40,940 bases of DNA from NCBI GenBank assembly GCA_034659035.1, contig JAYEGI010000114.1, positions 1 to 40,940 of the forward strand. Direction: 5' to 3'. This document shows, in pieces, positions 9,864-19,158 of this stretch; within the stretch, counting starts at the first letter, position 1; each line of letters begins with the position of its first letter. Position numbers and translations under genes: made by a program. The DNA comes from Methanobacteriota archaeon (GTDB lineage: Archaea > Halobacteriota > Methanosarcinia > Methanosarcinales > Methanogasteraceae). The notes beneath the pieces are model-generated. The model saw nothing but the letters and a program-made list of their open reading frames with translations. It searched no databases and was not told the origin of the DNA.

Positions 9864-9970
9864 TGCCCGGGACGGGTTTCGATCCCGTGATTTCCAGATG
9901 TCTCAGGATTTTGGCGCACTGGGATAATTTCCCTATGAGTCTGGCGCCCTCCCGACTAGGCCACCCGGGC
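9864..9970 (-). tRNA. tRNA with CAU anticodon (elongator Met or Ile2) containing a 34-nt intron at the canonical 37/38 position
   Basis: Minus strand: acceptor GCCCGGG/CCCGGGC, D arm GCCT..GGGC, anticodon stem CCAGA/TCTGG, loop CTCATA|intron|A, T arm ACGGG-ATCGAAA-CCCGT. 107 nt = 73 + 34. G1-C72 argues against an initiator. Confidence 0.8.
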
Positions 9971-10075
9971 AGTGCATGACAGATTCGGTGGTGGTGGTAT
10001 TAAAGAGTATCGGCAGGAATTTCCAAATGTTTGCATAGCGACATTCATCATGGATTGGGGGGAAGATAACGCCAG

Positions 10076-10684
10076 ATGAAAACCAGAAGCGATCTCCAGA
10101 TTACAACCGCCTGCCCGACCTGCTCGCCAGATGAGCCGCGGTTGCACCACATAATAAAGCAGCGCGGAGCCGAGGTGCTTGTGCGATGCGATGACTGCGG
10201 AAGCGTGCACACAGTCATATCAAAGCCAGTGCGAACCGCAAGCGTCAGGGTCATCGTGAGCAGGGGGGAAGATTCGGAACGTTACACAATCGAACTGCCG
10301 GTCGACCACGAGGTCTATGTGGGCGATGAACTGCTCGTGGACGATCCAACAGCAGACGAGGTGCATCTGGTAGAGGTCGCCTCGGTCGAGTCTGACGGCA
10401 GGCGGACGGTAGTAGCGACTGCTGCCGAGATCGATACGATCTGGGCGCGGGCGATCGATGAGGTGACTGTGAAGATCGCAATCCACGACGGCACCAAGAC
10501 TGAGTCGGTTCGTATGCAGGTGTTTGGGGATCAGGAGTACACGGTTGGTGCTATCGAGAAAGTTGGCTGGAAAAACGCAAGGATAATACGAATTAAGACA
10601 TATAAAAGAGGATTTAAGAAAAATAAAGGCGATGTTGTACTTGCAAAGGATATCAAGCGAATCTTTGCAGAGCGAATGCGATAA
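10076..10684 (+). CDS. Conserved archaeal zinc-finger protein (CPxC...CDDC)
   Basis: 202-aa ORF. N-terminal CPTC-x(22)-CDDC zinc-ribbon-like motif followed by acidic beta-rich repeats and a basic tail. Resembles the uncharacterised archaeal Zn-finger protein family. Confidence 0.55.
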   Translation: MKTRSDLQITTACPTCSPDEPRLHHIIKQRGAEVLVRCDDCGSVHTVISKPVRTASVRVIVSRGEDSERYTIELPVDHEVYVGDELLVDDPTADEVHLVEVASVESDGRRTVVATAAEIDTIWARAIDEVTVKIAIHDGTKTESVRMQVFGDQEYTVGAIEKVGWKNARIIRIKTYKRGFKKNKGDVVLAKDIKRIFAERMR

Positions 10685-10818
10685 TCGCCTCAGGTCTTGT
10701 ACGATTTGTCACCGAGAGTTGGAGAAGCTCACTGTCGTGTCTGGATGGTCACCGGATGTGGTTTAAGGTGGCTGTTTCCATAACGCCTTCCGGGTTGTCC
10801 CGCCTCCATTCGGCGCAA

Positions 10819-10827
10819 GTTTATAGG
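10819..10827 (+). promoter_or_regulatory. TATA-box-like element upstream of glnA
   Basis: gtttatagg lies about 25 nt upstream of ATG 10852. This would give a leaderless or near-leaderless transcript. Confidence 0.3.
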
Positions 10828-10851
10828 TGCCGCGGTTCATAATATGATGTG

Positions 10852-12177
10852 ATGACCGCCAATGAAGATGTGCTGGGAATGATTGCCGACAATAATATAA
10901 AATTCATCAGGCTCCAGTTTGTCGATGTCCTTGGAATTGTAAAGAATGTCGCGATACCGGCTGCACAGATGAAGAAAGCACTCGACGTCGGGATATCCTT
11001 CGACGGATCATCCATCGAGGGGTTTGCAAGGATACAGGAATCTGACATGGTGTTAAGGCCGGATCCTGAGACGTTCCGGATTCTTCCATGGAAGGCAGAT
11101 AAAAATGAGATTGCCGGAATCGTGTGCAATGTCTGTCTGCCCGATGGTGCACCGTTTAAGGGTTGCCCGCGATACGCGCTCACAAAGGCGATTGCGGAAG
11201 CAGAGAAGATGGGATATGTTATGAATACGGGTCCCGAACTGGAGTTCTTCCTCTTCGAAAAAGAAGATGGCATACCAACAACCACACCTCATGATTCGGG
11301 CGGATATTTCGACTTTCCACCAGTTGATCTTGCAGAGGATATTCGAAGGGATATCGTGATCGCGCTTGAAGAGATGGATTTTGAGATAGAAGCGTCGCAT
11401 CACGAGGTTGCCTGTGGGCAGCACGAGATCGATTTCAAGTACAGCGATGCACTGACAACTGCTGACAGGGTGGTCACCTTCAAGTACGTAACCAAAACGA
11501 TCGCAACGAACAAGAATCTCCATGCCACGTTCATGCCAAAGCCGGTCTTCGGAACCAGTGGGACTGGTATGCATATAAATACATCCTTATTCAATAAAAA
11601 TGGTGAAAATATCTTCTTCGATCCTGATGACGACCACGGGATCAGTGATACTGCAAGATATTTCATCGGCGGATTACTCACCCACATCAAGGCAATAACC
11701 GCGATCACAAATCCACTTGTCAATTCATACAAACGGCTCGTATCCGGATACGAGGCACCGGTCTATATCACATGGTCATGGGCGAACAGGAGTTCGCTGA
11801 TCCGGGTACCGGCAGCGCGCGGAAGCGGAACAAGAATCGAACTCAGATCCCCGGACCCCTCGTGCAACCCGTACCTTGCGTTTGCAGCCATACTGGCATC
11901 CGGGCTTGATGGGGTACGGAATAGGATCGATCCTGGTGAACCGATCGAAGATAACATCTACGAGATGGATTTCAATGATATGACTGACGCTGGCATCGAC
12001 ACGCTTCCGACAAGCCTCAGTCTCGCACTCGATTACCTGGAATCGGATGAGGTGGTGCGGGCCGCCCTTGGCGAGCATGTATACACCGCGTTCATGCGAG
12101 TTGCTGCTGCAGAATGGGAGGAGTACCGGGTTCAGGTGCACCAGTGGGAACTGGATCGATATCTGCAACTGTTTTGA
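10852..12177 (+). CDS. glnA: Glutamine synthetase type I
   Basis: The track ORF starts at GTG 10849, with ATG immediately after at 10852. Characteristic blocks: IKFIRLQFVDVLG, FDGSSIEGF, GPELEFFLF, HHEVA.GQHEIDF, MPKP.....GSGMH and NSYKRLV.GYEAP. Confidence 0.95.
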   Translation: MTANEDVLGMIADNNIKFIRLQFVDVLGIVKNVAIPAAQMKKALDVGISFDGSSIEGFARIQESDMVLRPDPETFRILPWKADKNEIAGIVCNVCLPDGAPFKGCPRYALTKAIAEAEKMGYVMNTGPELEFFLFEKEDGIPTTTPHDSGGYFDFPPVDLAEDIRRDIVIALEEMDFEIEASHHEVACGQHEIDFKYSDALTTADRVVTFKYVTKTIATNKNLHATFMPKPVFGTSGTGMHINTSLFNKNGENIFFDPDDDHGISDTARYFIGGLLTHIKAITAITNPLVNSYKRLVSGYEAPVYITWSWANRSSLIRVPAARGSGTRIELRSPDPSCNPYLAFAAILASGLDGVRNRIDPGEPIEDNIYEMDFNDMTDAGIDTLPTSLSLALDYLESDEVVRAALGEHVYTAFMRVAAAEWEEYRVQVHQWELDRYLQLF

Positions 12178-12298
12178 TGCCGCAAGTACACCTCGTGGGT
12201 GTTTAGTAGGGATCGGATGACCGGAGTAACTTTGCAATCTTACCACCCCATCCCGCCATCCCTATAATCTTAATATCTCTGCATACAATCCCCAGATT

Positions 12299-13336
12299 AT
12301 GGAACAGGTGATCTGGACAGAGAAATACCGACCTCACACGTTCGATGATATCGTTGGGCACGAACATATCATATCCAACCTGAAACATCTGGTCGAGTCG
12401 AACAATCTCCCACACCTGGTATTATACGGCGCTAAAAACACAGGAAAAGGGTCAACAGTGCCTGTACTTGCCAGAGCGATCTATGGAGATCAGTGGGAGA
12501 ACAATCTTGCCATCTTCGACGCATCCAACTTCTTTGATCGCGGCAAGAAGTATCTTGTATCAGATCCGAGGTTTGCAAGACTCATCGGGACCGACGATCC
12601 AAAAAAGATAAAACAGACCGTGATCGCGGTATTCAAACAGGTTATCAACGAATATGCTGGCATGGCTGCCCTTGATTCGGACTTTCGGATGTTGTTCATC
12701 GATAGCGCTGAGGCGCTGAGCATGGATGCGCAGCATGCACTGAGACGTATCATGGAAAAGCATGCCCACACCTGTAGATTTGTCCTGTCCACCACGCATC
12801 TGTCTAGATTGATTCCGGCGCTGCGCTCGAGAGGTCTAAATCTATTCTTTGACCGCGCGAGCGATGATGCGATTGCCGCGCACATTCGCTACATCGCAGA
12901 GGCAGAGCGCGCACCCATCACCGACGACGGAGTTCAGGCGATCGTATACGAGGCAGACGGCGATCTTGCGTTTGCGATCATGGTACTCCAGATCGCAGCC
13001 ATAGAGCATCATGAGATCACAGCAAATACGGTCTACGAGGTCGATCTCGAGCGCATCCCGGAGGGAGTTATGCAAATATTACATGCATCACTTGCAGGCG
13101 ATTTCAAAGCGGCGAGGAAGCGGATAGATGATCTGCTGATGGAAGAGAGCGGCACCGATATTGTACACCGACTGAGCAGGGTTATAGAGCATAAAGGCTT
13201 TGACAGTGTTCTTTTCGCAGAACTTGCAATCCTTCTCGCAGACGCCGATATGAACCTGATCAACGGGAGCAATGAGCGGGTGCAACTCGAAGCATGGGCA
13301 ACCCAGGTCGGGATGCTCATGGAGCGGCGGTCATGA
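12299..13336 (+). CDS. Replication factor C small-subunit paralogue (RFCS2-like) with degenerate ATPase motifs
   Basis: WTEKYRP..FDDIVGHEHI RFC box II is intact. However, Walker A is GAKNTGKGS, Walker B is FIDSAEAL (not DEAD), SRC is SRG, and the sensor-2 Arg context is lost (DGDLAFAIM). Confidence 0.8.
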   Translation: MEQVIWTEKYRPHTFDDIVGHEHIISNLKHLVESNNLPHLVLYGAKNTGKGSTVPVLARAIYGDQWENNLAIFDASNFFDRGKKYLVSDPRFARLIGTDDPKKIKQTVIAVFKQVINEYAGMAALDSDFRMLFIDSAEALSMDAQHALRRIMEKHAHTCRFVLSTTHLSRLIPALRSRGLNLFFDRASDDAIAAHIRYIAEAERAPITDDGVQAIVYEADGDLAFAIMVLQIAAIEHHEITANTVYEVDLERIPEGVMQILHASLAGDFKAARKRIDDLLMEESGTDIVHRLSRVIEHKGFDSVLFAELAILLADADMNLINGSNERVQLEAWATQVGMLMERRS

Positions 13337-13446
13337 TTACTGTAAACATCTCATCGTGACGCAACCAGACCTCGCAACAGTAATATATGCGGTGAAGTAG
13401 AGTACAACTGATACATTATGTATAAGAAAGAAAGGAGTTCTTAGAT

Positions 13447-13677
13447 ATGGTAATCGGAGTTACTATGATTAACGTGGTGCCAGGACAGGAGAAGGCTACC
13501 TACAACGAATTGTGCACTCTGGATGGTATCAAGGAAGTGTATCACGTATTTGGTGAATACGACTTCGTGGCTGTCATCGAGGTGCAGGGATTGAGCACGC
13601 TTAACAAACTGATCGATCTGATCAGGGAGAACAAGAGCGTAACCGCGACCAAAACCGTGATCGGAGCTGAGCTATAA
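13447..13677 (+). CDS. Stand-alone Lrp/AsnC ligand-binding (RAM) domain protein
   Basis: 76-aa ORF preceded by aaaggag. VVPGQEKATYNEL..IKEVYHVFGEYDFVAVIEV is the typical AsnC_trans_reg pattern. Confidence 0.7.
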   Translation: MVIGVTMINVVPGQEKATYNELCTLDGIKEVYHVFGEYDFVAVIEVQGLSTLNKLIDLIRENKSVTATKTVIGAEL

Positions 13678-13693
13678 GCTATGATTATGAAAA

Positions 13694-13766
13694 CGCCCGG
13701 ACCGGGATTCGAACCCGGGGCGGAGCCTCGACAGGGCTCCATGCTAGGCCTCTACACTATCCGGAC
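13694..13766 (-). tRNA. tRNA-Asp (GUC)
   Basis: Minus strand: acceptor GTCCGGA/TCCGGGC (one G-U pair), D arm GTGT..GCAT, anticodon stem GAGCC/GGCTC with loop CTGTCGA, T arm CCGGG-TTCGAAT-CCCGG, discriminator G. Confidence 0.85.
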
Positions 13767-13843
13767 AAGCCAGGCATAATATCCTGAAGGTATTTGATCT
13801 CTACCGAGCTAACTTAAACCTTTGCACAGCGACCGCGTACAAA

Positions 13844-13854
13844 CTTATTTATTA
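13844..13854 (+). promoter_or_regulatory. TATA-box-like element upstream of cdhA
   Basis: cttatttatta lies about 45 nt upstream of ATG 13898. A strong SD-like aaggagg sits at 13884-13890. Confidence 0.3.
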
Positions 13855-13897
13855 CATCAACCACCCGTATCAAAGAAACCCAAAAGGAGGACTATTC

Positions 13898-16222
13898 ATG
13901 ATCAAAGACGGACGATTCATACTCGACGGCATGGAGAATGTGGTGATCAACGTCGGCAAAATCACCACTGAAGAGGAGCTTGCCGAAGAGGAATGGGAGC
14001 CTATGGGTCCTACGCCAAAACCTGGCATCCTCTCGCTTCGAAATTGGGACCACCGCCTGTTAAAGGACTTCCCACCATTCTACGCTCCGATCTGTGATAT
14101 GTGCTGTCTCTGCACATACGGAAAATGCGATCTCACAGAGAACCGCAAGGGCGCATGCGGAATCGGCATCGAAGCGCAGCAGGCGCGCATGGTCACGATC
14201 GCGTGTTGCATCGGGACAGCAGCGCACGCGGGACATGCGAACCACGTGCTGCATGAACTGATCAAATGGCGCGGCAGGGATCATCCGATCAATCTTGGCC
14301 CCTATATCGATGTCGAGGCTCCAATCATACGAACCGTCGTTGGCACCAGACCAAAGACCCTTGGTGACCTTGAGGAGGTACTCAATTATGTGAACCAGCA
14401 ACTTGTTCATGTACTCTCATCGACGCACACGGGTCAGGAAGGTTCGTACATCGATTTTGAGTCAAAGGCGCTGCACGTCTCGATGATCGACAACCTCGCA
14501 AAGGAGGTCGCGGACATAGCGCAGATCGCTGGATTCGACTTCCCGAAAGGTGACCCCGATGCTGCGCTCATCGATTTCGGGTTCGGTTCGGTTGACCGTA
14601 CAAAGCCAGTCATCGTCTTTATCGGGCATTACCCGGCTGTGAGTGTTGCAACGATCGATTACATCGAGGAGCAAGGACTCTCTGACAAGATAGAGGTCTG
14701 TGGAATCTGCTGTACCGCAATTGAGACGAGCAGATACAGTGCATCTGCAAAGGTTATCGGTCCGTTATCCATGCAACAATTCTTTGTGCGCTCAGGAATT
14801 GCTGATGTCATCGTCTTGGACGAGCAGTGCGTGAGGACCGATCTTCTGGAGGAGGCGCAGAAGACCGGAGCGCCACTGATCCTTACAACCGATAAAATAT
14901 GCTACAATCTTCCGGATGTTACTAATCTCGATCCTGACAAAGTCATCGAGGATCTTTTGAACGACGCGCCAGGGGTTCTGATATCAGATCCGCTCATAGC
15001 AGCCAAGGTAATCACAAAGACCGCTCTTGAGGTTAAACCGAAGAGGGATGCGCTCAACCACCTGCCAGAACTCGATGAAGTACAGAAGCTTGCAGAGGAG
15101 TGTATCAAGTGCGGCTGGTGCGACCGGGCATGTCCGAATAGCCTTCCGGTTAAGGACGCGATGATCAAAGCAAAGGAAGGCGATCTCAGTGGTCTCTCGG
15201 ACCTCTTTAGCCCGTGCATGAGTTGCGGCAGGTGCGAATCCGAATGCAAGAAAGAGCTTCCGATCATCAGCATGATTCTTAAGTCCGCTCAGGAGATTGC
15301 ATTTGGCGAGACCTACACGATGCGGGCTGGAAGAGGACCTGTACTTGACACTGAGATTCGGAAGGTGGGCGCCCCACTCGTACTCGGGGAGATCCCTGGA
15401 ATCGTTGCACTCGTCGGCTGTAGCAACTTCCCCAATGGTGAGGTTGAGGTTGCAAAGATCGCTGAAGAGTTTGCACGCCGGAACTACATTGTCGTTGCAA
15501 CGGGCTGTTCTGCGATGGCGATGGCGATGTATCGCTGCGAGGACGGACAGACGCTTTATGAAAAATATCCCGGATCCTTTGATGCGGGAGGTGTTGTCAA
15601 CATCGGCTCGTGCGTTGCAAATGCCCATATCATCGGTGCCGCAATCAAGGTTGCTACAATCTTTGCCCGTATCCCACTCCGTGGAAACTTCGCAGAGGTC
15701 GCTGACTATATCTTAAACAAGGTCGGCGCATGTGGCGTCGCGTGGGGCGCGATGAGTCAGAAAGCAGCATCCATCGGCACAGGTACCAACCGCTGGGGAA
15801 TCCCCGTGATTCTTGGTCCGCACGGATCAAAGTACAGGCGGGCGTACATCAGCAACAAGGAGCTGAGCGGCTGGGAACTCTACGACAAGAGGACTGGCGA
15901 GGTCACGGAGGGCGAACCCGCTCCTGAACACCTGGCATATCCTGCGGAGACGATGGAAGAGGCGATCGTTCTAATTGCTAAGCTATGCATCCGACCGAGC
16001 GACAATGCGAAGGGGCGACAGATAAAACTCTCAAACTACGTCGATTTATACAAGAAATATATGGGAACTCTCCCGCCGGACCTGCATCTCTTTGTGAGAA
16101 AGGAGCAGGATATTCCGATCACGATGAAAGCCGAGATCACGGAGTATCTGGAAGAAGCTGGCTGGACGCCAAGAAAGGCGATAGGCGATCCGAGCAGGCT
16201 TGTACTTGAAGAGGAGGTCTAA
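13898..16222 (+). CDS. cdhA: CO dehydrogenase/acetyl-CoA synthase complex, alpha subunit
   Basis: 774-aa ORF. N-terminal [14 protein letters not shown] cluster motif, internal 2x[4Fe-4S] ferredoxin insert ([12 protein letters not shown] ... [11 protein letters not shown]), and a CODH catalytic-domain pattern throughout. Confidence 0.9.
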   Translation: MIKDGRFILDGMENVVINVGKITTEEELAEEEWEPMGPTPKPGILSLRNWDHRLLKDFPPFYAPICDMCCLCTYGKCDLTENRKGACGIGIEAQQARMVTIACCIGTAAHAGHANHVLHELIKWRGRDHPINLGPYIDVEAPIIRTVVGTRPKTLGDLEEVLNYVNQQLVHVLSSTHTGQEGSYIDFESKALHVSMIDNLAKEVADIAQIAGFDFPKGDPDAALIDFGFGSVDRTKPVIVFIGHYPAVSVATIDYIEEQGLSDKIEVCGICCTAIETSRYSASAKVIGPLSMQQFFVRSGIADVIVLDEQCVRTDLLEEAQKTGAPLILTTDKICYNLPDVTNLDPDKVIEDLLNDAPGVLISDPLIAAKVITKTALEVKPKRDALNHLPELDEVQKLAEECIKCGWCDRACPNSLPVKDAMIKAKEGDLSGLSDLFSPCMSCGRCESECKKELPIISMILKSAQEIAFGETYTMRAGRGPVLDTEIRKVGAPLVLGEIPGIVALVGCSNFPNGEVEVAKIAEEFARRNYIVVATGCSAMAMAMYRCEDGQTLYEKYPGSFDAGGVVNIGSCVANAHIIGAAIKVATIFARIPLRGNFAEVADYILNKVGACGVAWGAMSQKAASIGTGTNRWGIPVILGPHGSKYRRAYISNKELSGWELYDKRTGEVTEGEPAPEHLAYPAETMEEAIVLIAKLCIRPSDNAKGRQIKLSNYVDLYKKYMGTLPPDLHLFVRKEQDIPITMKAEITEYLEEAGWTPRKAIGDPSRLVLEEEV

Positions 16223-16224
16223 CA

Positions 16225-16746
16225 ATGACACGAGCATACCAGTGCGCAAACGTCCCGGGTCCGCATCTAGGGAAAGTCGGGACATCCGCGAGCGTTGCAG
16301 CGGCGATCAAGCGGGCAGAGCGTCCGATTCTCATCGTTGGAAGCGAGCTAAGGCATCTTGACTGGGTTCTGGATCTTGCAAAGAAGCAGGATATTCCGAT
16401 CGTTGCGACAGCACACGTTGCAGGTGCGATGCGTGAGAAGGGCGTCCGTCCGGACCGGGAGATGGGCGCAATCGAGATCACGAACCTTCTGAAGAGCCCG
16501 GAATGGGGCGGCGTCCGGGGCGAGGGGCAACACGATCTTGTGATCTTTGTGGATGTTCTGTACTACATGGAAGCCCAGATGCTCTCCGCGCTCAAGCACT
16601 TTGCACCACACCTCAAGACGATCTCACTGACACGGGGGCACCAGCCGAATGCTAATCAATCGCTTCCGAATCTCGGCGAGAAGAAGATGGATGAGTTTCT
16701 GGCAGGGGTTATGGGTGAGCTTAATGAGTCGGGAGTGGTCGGATGA
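16225..16746 (+). CDS. cdhB: CO dehydrogenase/acetyl-CoA synthase complex, epsilon subunit
   Basis: 173-aa ORF starting 2 nt after the cdhA stop. Its length, position and sequence (AAIKRAERPILIVGSE...) fit CdhB. Confidence 0.8.
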   Translation: MTRAYQCANVPGPHLGKVGTSASVAAAIKRAERPILIVGSELRHLDWVLDLAKKQDIPIVATAHVAGAMREKGVRPDREMGAIEITNLLKSPEWGGVRGEGQHDLVIFVDVLYYMEAQMLSALKHFAPHLKTISLTRGHQPNANQSLPNLGEKKMDEFLAGVMGELNESGVVG

Positions 16747-17065
16747 CGGAGAAGAATGTAATGGAAAAGAGCATGAGTACCGCTCGATGAGAGAATTCAA
16801 GGAAAGATTTCCCCCAAAATCTTTAAAAGATCGGCTCTTCGAAACTGAAACAGACCTTGCAAAACAGGGCATCGCGCTTGCGAGGGCGTCTCTGGGAAAG
16901 ATCGGATAGCAGTTGAACTGAGGTCGGGATATTCGTCGATGGTACTATCTCGAACCACAATCCTTGACGTCAGGCATACGCAAAACACAAGTGAAATTGC
17001 TTTTTATCTTAAAAACACAACTCTTAAATAACCCTACACCCCACAACAAGAATCAGGTGATATAT

Positions 17066-17332
17066 ATGGCTAAAGTAATAGTATTTCACTACACAGACGA
17101 GGGCAAGCTTCCACCACTCAGTTCAGAGGAGCTAACTGATCTTAAGGAGAAGCTGGATTCCGAAATCAGGAACCACCCAAATCTCACGTTCAACGGGACA
17201 TTTGTTGACGATTCTGGCAGAGGATTCTGCGACTGGGATGCACCCAGTGCCGAGGATGTCAACGATGTCTTGAAAATTGTTATTGGCGCACCTCCTGCAG
17301 ACGGCACCGTGGTTGTGAAGCAAGTCATGTGA
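17066..17332 (+). CDS. Small DUF4242-like (SCO4226-type) protein
   Basis: Internal ATG with aggtga 6 nt upstream. MAKVIVFHYTD...GRGFCDWDAPSAEDVNDVLKIVIGAPPADGTVVVKQV resembles the tFCiYdAPs.E.v.....G.P core of DUF4242. Confidence 0.45.
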   Translation: MAKVIVFHYTDEGKLPPLSSEELTDLKEKLDSEIRNHPNLTFNGTFVDDSGRGFCDWDAPSAEDVNDVLKIVIGAPPADGTVVVKQVM

Positions 17333-17426
17333 AAGGCAGCGATTTCGGATGGGTGGCGCGGATGCAATTATGAAAAAGGCAATCCGGCTTTACCATGATA
17401 TCTGCAAAAGGACTTCTTGGCATCCG

Positions 17427-17736
17427 CGCCCACCAAAGCGATCGCATACGAACTAAAAGACCAGCTTGAGAGGAGATGTGGTAGTCAACTCAAAAGGTGT
17501 AGTGCTTTTCGGGATCGTACGCCCGGGGCGCTGAAACAGAAGGCTCTGATATCGACATAGCTATTATCTTTGAGGATCTCGACCATGCATGTACCGGAAT
17601 TGAAAGGACGGACAATCTGATCTCTTTACTATCTATGAAATTCGCCTCATCTCACTTGCCCCGGTAAAAGGGAAGGATTGGCTCTGATGCGAACCTCGCT
17701 AATTTCAAATATACCGCGCGAGAGATGGTACTGTGA
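17427..17736 (+). pseudogene. Minimal nucleotidyltransferase (MNT-like) relic, frameshifted
   Basis: No ORF of 60 aa or more here. Pieces read AIAYELKDQLERR.., then after a 1-nt shift FSGSYARGAETEGSDIDIAIIFEDLD.. (GS-x-DxD NTase motif), with a further shifted tail ..YTAREMVL*. Confidence 0.5.
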
Positions 17737-17822
17737 ATGGGACGAACATCGACAGGGCTGTGGAGTTTTTTTTGCTGTGGTCAAAGATTATCTTGAGACC
17801 AGAGACAAGGTACGATTCTCGC

Positions 17823-18431
17823 TCAGATGCCCCTATACTTCATGAATGCGCCAATCCCGAGCAGCGCGCCCATAACAACCACCAGCCAGAACAGAACACT
17901 ATCAGTTAACCGCTCCCCCTCGGTCTCCCGATATTCCTCTGCCGGTCTGGTGGGAATCCCACCTGCAACCGGTGTAACCTTCTCGGTTGGCACTGGTGTG
18001 GATGGTGGGGGCGGCGCCAGTACTGATACCACTACATCCCGCCACGTATTCGGATCGTCTGCAGCGTTATCAGCGATCCCGATGTTATATGTCCCAACAG
18101 ATGTGTTCTCGCTGGCATAGATCGTTATCTCATACGTAGCAGTCTCTCCGATATCGATAACCTGCGGTTCTATCTGCGATTCTTCCGGAGCTATGGTAAT
18201 TCCCTCTGGCAGATCGCGGGGATATTTTAGAATGACACCACTGTAACAGAGATTTCCGTGATTTATGGCAGAGACTGAGAACGCTGTGCTTGAGCCCTGA
18301 TAGACTTCAACCAGCTGGACATCTCCGATATCTACATAATTCTCGTATATCGAGCCGTCCTCAATGATCGATACTGCCGGATGTGTGAGCACTGCAAGAA
18401 GTAGTGCTGCGCAGACGATTGGCTTTACCAT
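17823..18431 (-). CDS. Secreted, C-terminally membrane-anchored hypothetical protein
   Basis: Internal Met gives the signal peptide MVKPIVCAALLLAVLTHPAVS. Then a beta-rich domain, a Pro-rich linker (APPPPSTPVPTEKVTP) and a C-terminal TM helix followed by KYRGI. No PGF motif. Confidence 0.6.
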   Translation of the reverse strand: MVKPIVCAALLLAVLTHPAVSIIEDGSIYENYVDIGDVQLVEVYQGSSTAFSVSAINHGNLCYSGVILKYPRDLPEGITIAPEESQIEPQVIDIGETATYEITIYASENTSVGTYNIGIADNAADDPNTWRDVVVSVLAPPPPSTPVPTEKVTPVAGGIPTRPAEEYRETEGERLTDSVLFWLVVVMGALLGIGAFMKYRGI

Positions 18432-18613
18432 AGCGATGATTATGTTAAACGTTGCAATAAGGTTTACTGTTGCGACTCGCAGGGTCCGGGACACTGCATC
18501 CAGTGGCGTTCAAGCGCTATCTCAGGCTCTGCGCAAGATCTCATAGAGTCTTTAAATGAAAAACGGTACAAACAACATACAATACATGTCCACCAGTGTT
18601 AATGGCAACGCCT

Positions 18614-18690
18614 TTGCTGTTGCAGTCAGTGGCTGATAAGAGTTTTTAGCCACAGACTAACGCAGATTACACGGATTTAATCAATCTAAT
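18614..18690. repeat. Hairpin repeat unit (family built from CRCAGAK-type 9-10-nt subunits)
   Basis: gtggct(18629-34)/agccac(18648-53) form the stem, flanked by cacagactaacgcagattacacggattt. The right end cgcagattacacggatttaatc recurs directly at 20001-20023 (tgcagatttcacgaatttactc). Confidence 0.55.
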
Positions 18691-18699
18691 CGTTTCCAT

Positions 18700-19116
18700 G
18701 CTCATAGTGCATCCGCTTATGCGGGCAAGACCAGTTCGGATACCGAGCGCGCTGTCAAAGAGGACATGGGAGATATCGGAACTCGGGTTGCTGTGATCGG
18801 TCCTGCCGGAGGGAATCTCGTCAAATTCGCATGTATAAACACCGAATGTAGCCGGAATTCCTGGCGCACGGGCATGGGCGCAATCTTTGGCTCAAAGAAC
18901 TTAAAAGCAGTAGCAATCAATGGATCGCATGACCTGCCAGTCCACGACATGGACGCGCTCACCAACGCAGCCGACCGGGCATTCACTGCACCGATCAAGA
19001 CCGGACCGCACGCAGGCGAATTGCTGGATCGTGAATATTTCGAGAGTGCGCTTACAATGTATTACGAAAAGCAGGGATGGGATGAGAACGGAGTCCCGAT
19101 CGCGTTTACAGCGTGA
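18700..19116 (+). pseudogene. Aldehyde:ferredoxin oxidoreductase (AOR family) relic with a large internal deletion
   Basis: Reads ..RVAVIGPAGGNLVKFACI...RTGMGAIFGSKNLKAVAINGS (the mid-protein AOR block) joined almost directly to the AOR C-terminal tail ELLDREYFESALTMYYEKQGWDENGVP. The N-terminal domain and most of the catalytic domains are missing. Confidence 0.6.
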
Positions 19117-19158
19117 ATTCGCGAAACTGTTATTACGCTTGGTGCAAGTGGGATTACT

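Noticed and set aside
10685-10848. Search for a nitrogen-repressor (NrpR-type GGAA-N6-TTCC) operator upstream of glnA
   Set aside because: Only non-palindromic TTCC...TTCC fragments are present (about 10774-10790). There is no convincing inverted repeat, so no site is called.
10821-12246. Several 80-170-aa minus-strand ORFs opposite glnA
   Set aside because: They are antisense to an unambiguous glutamine synthetase gene and have no motifs.
14984-15628. 214-aa minus-strand ORF, plus other ORFs inside cdhA
   Set aside because: They are antisense or off-frame within cdhA and have no motifs.
16787-16909. 40-codon ORF (MREFKERFPPKSLKDRLFETETDLAKQGIALARASLGKIG) just downstream of cdhB
   Set aside because: It is plausibly a small protein, but it has no recognisable family and no clear RBS, so there is too little evidence to annotate it.
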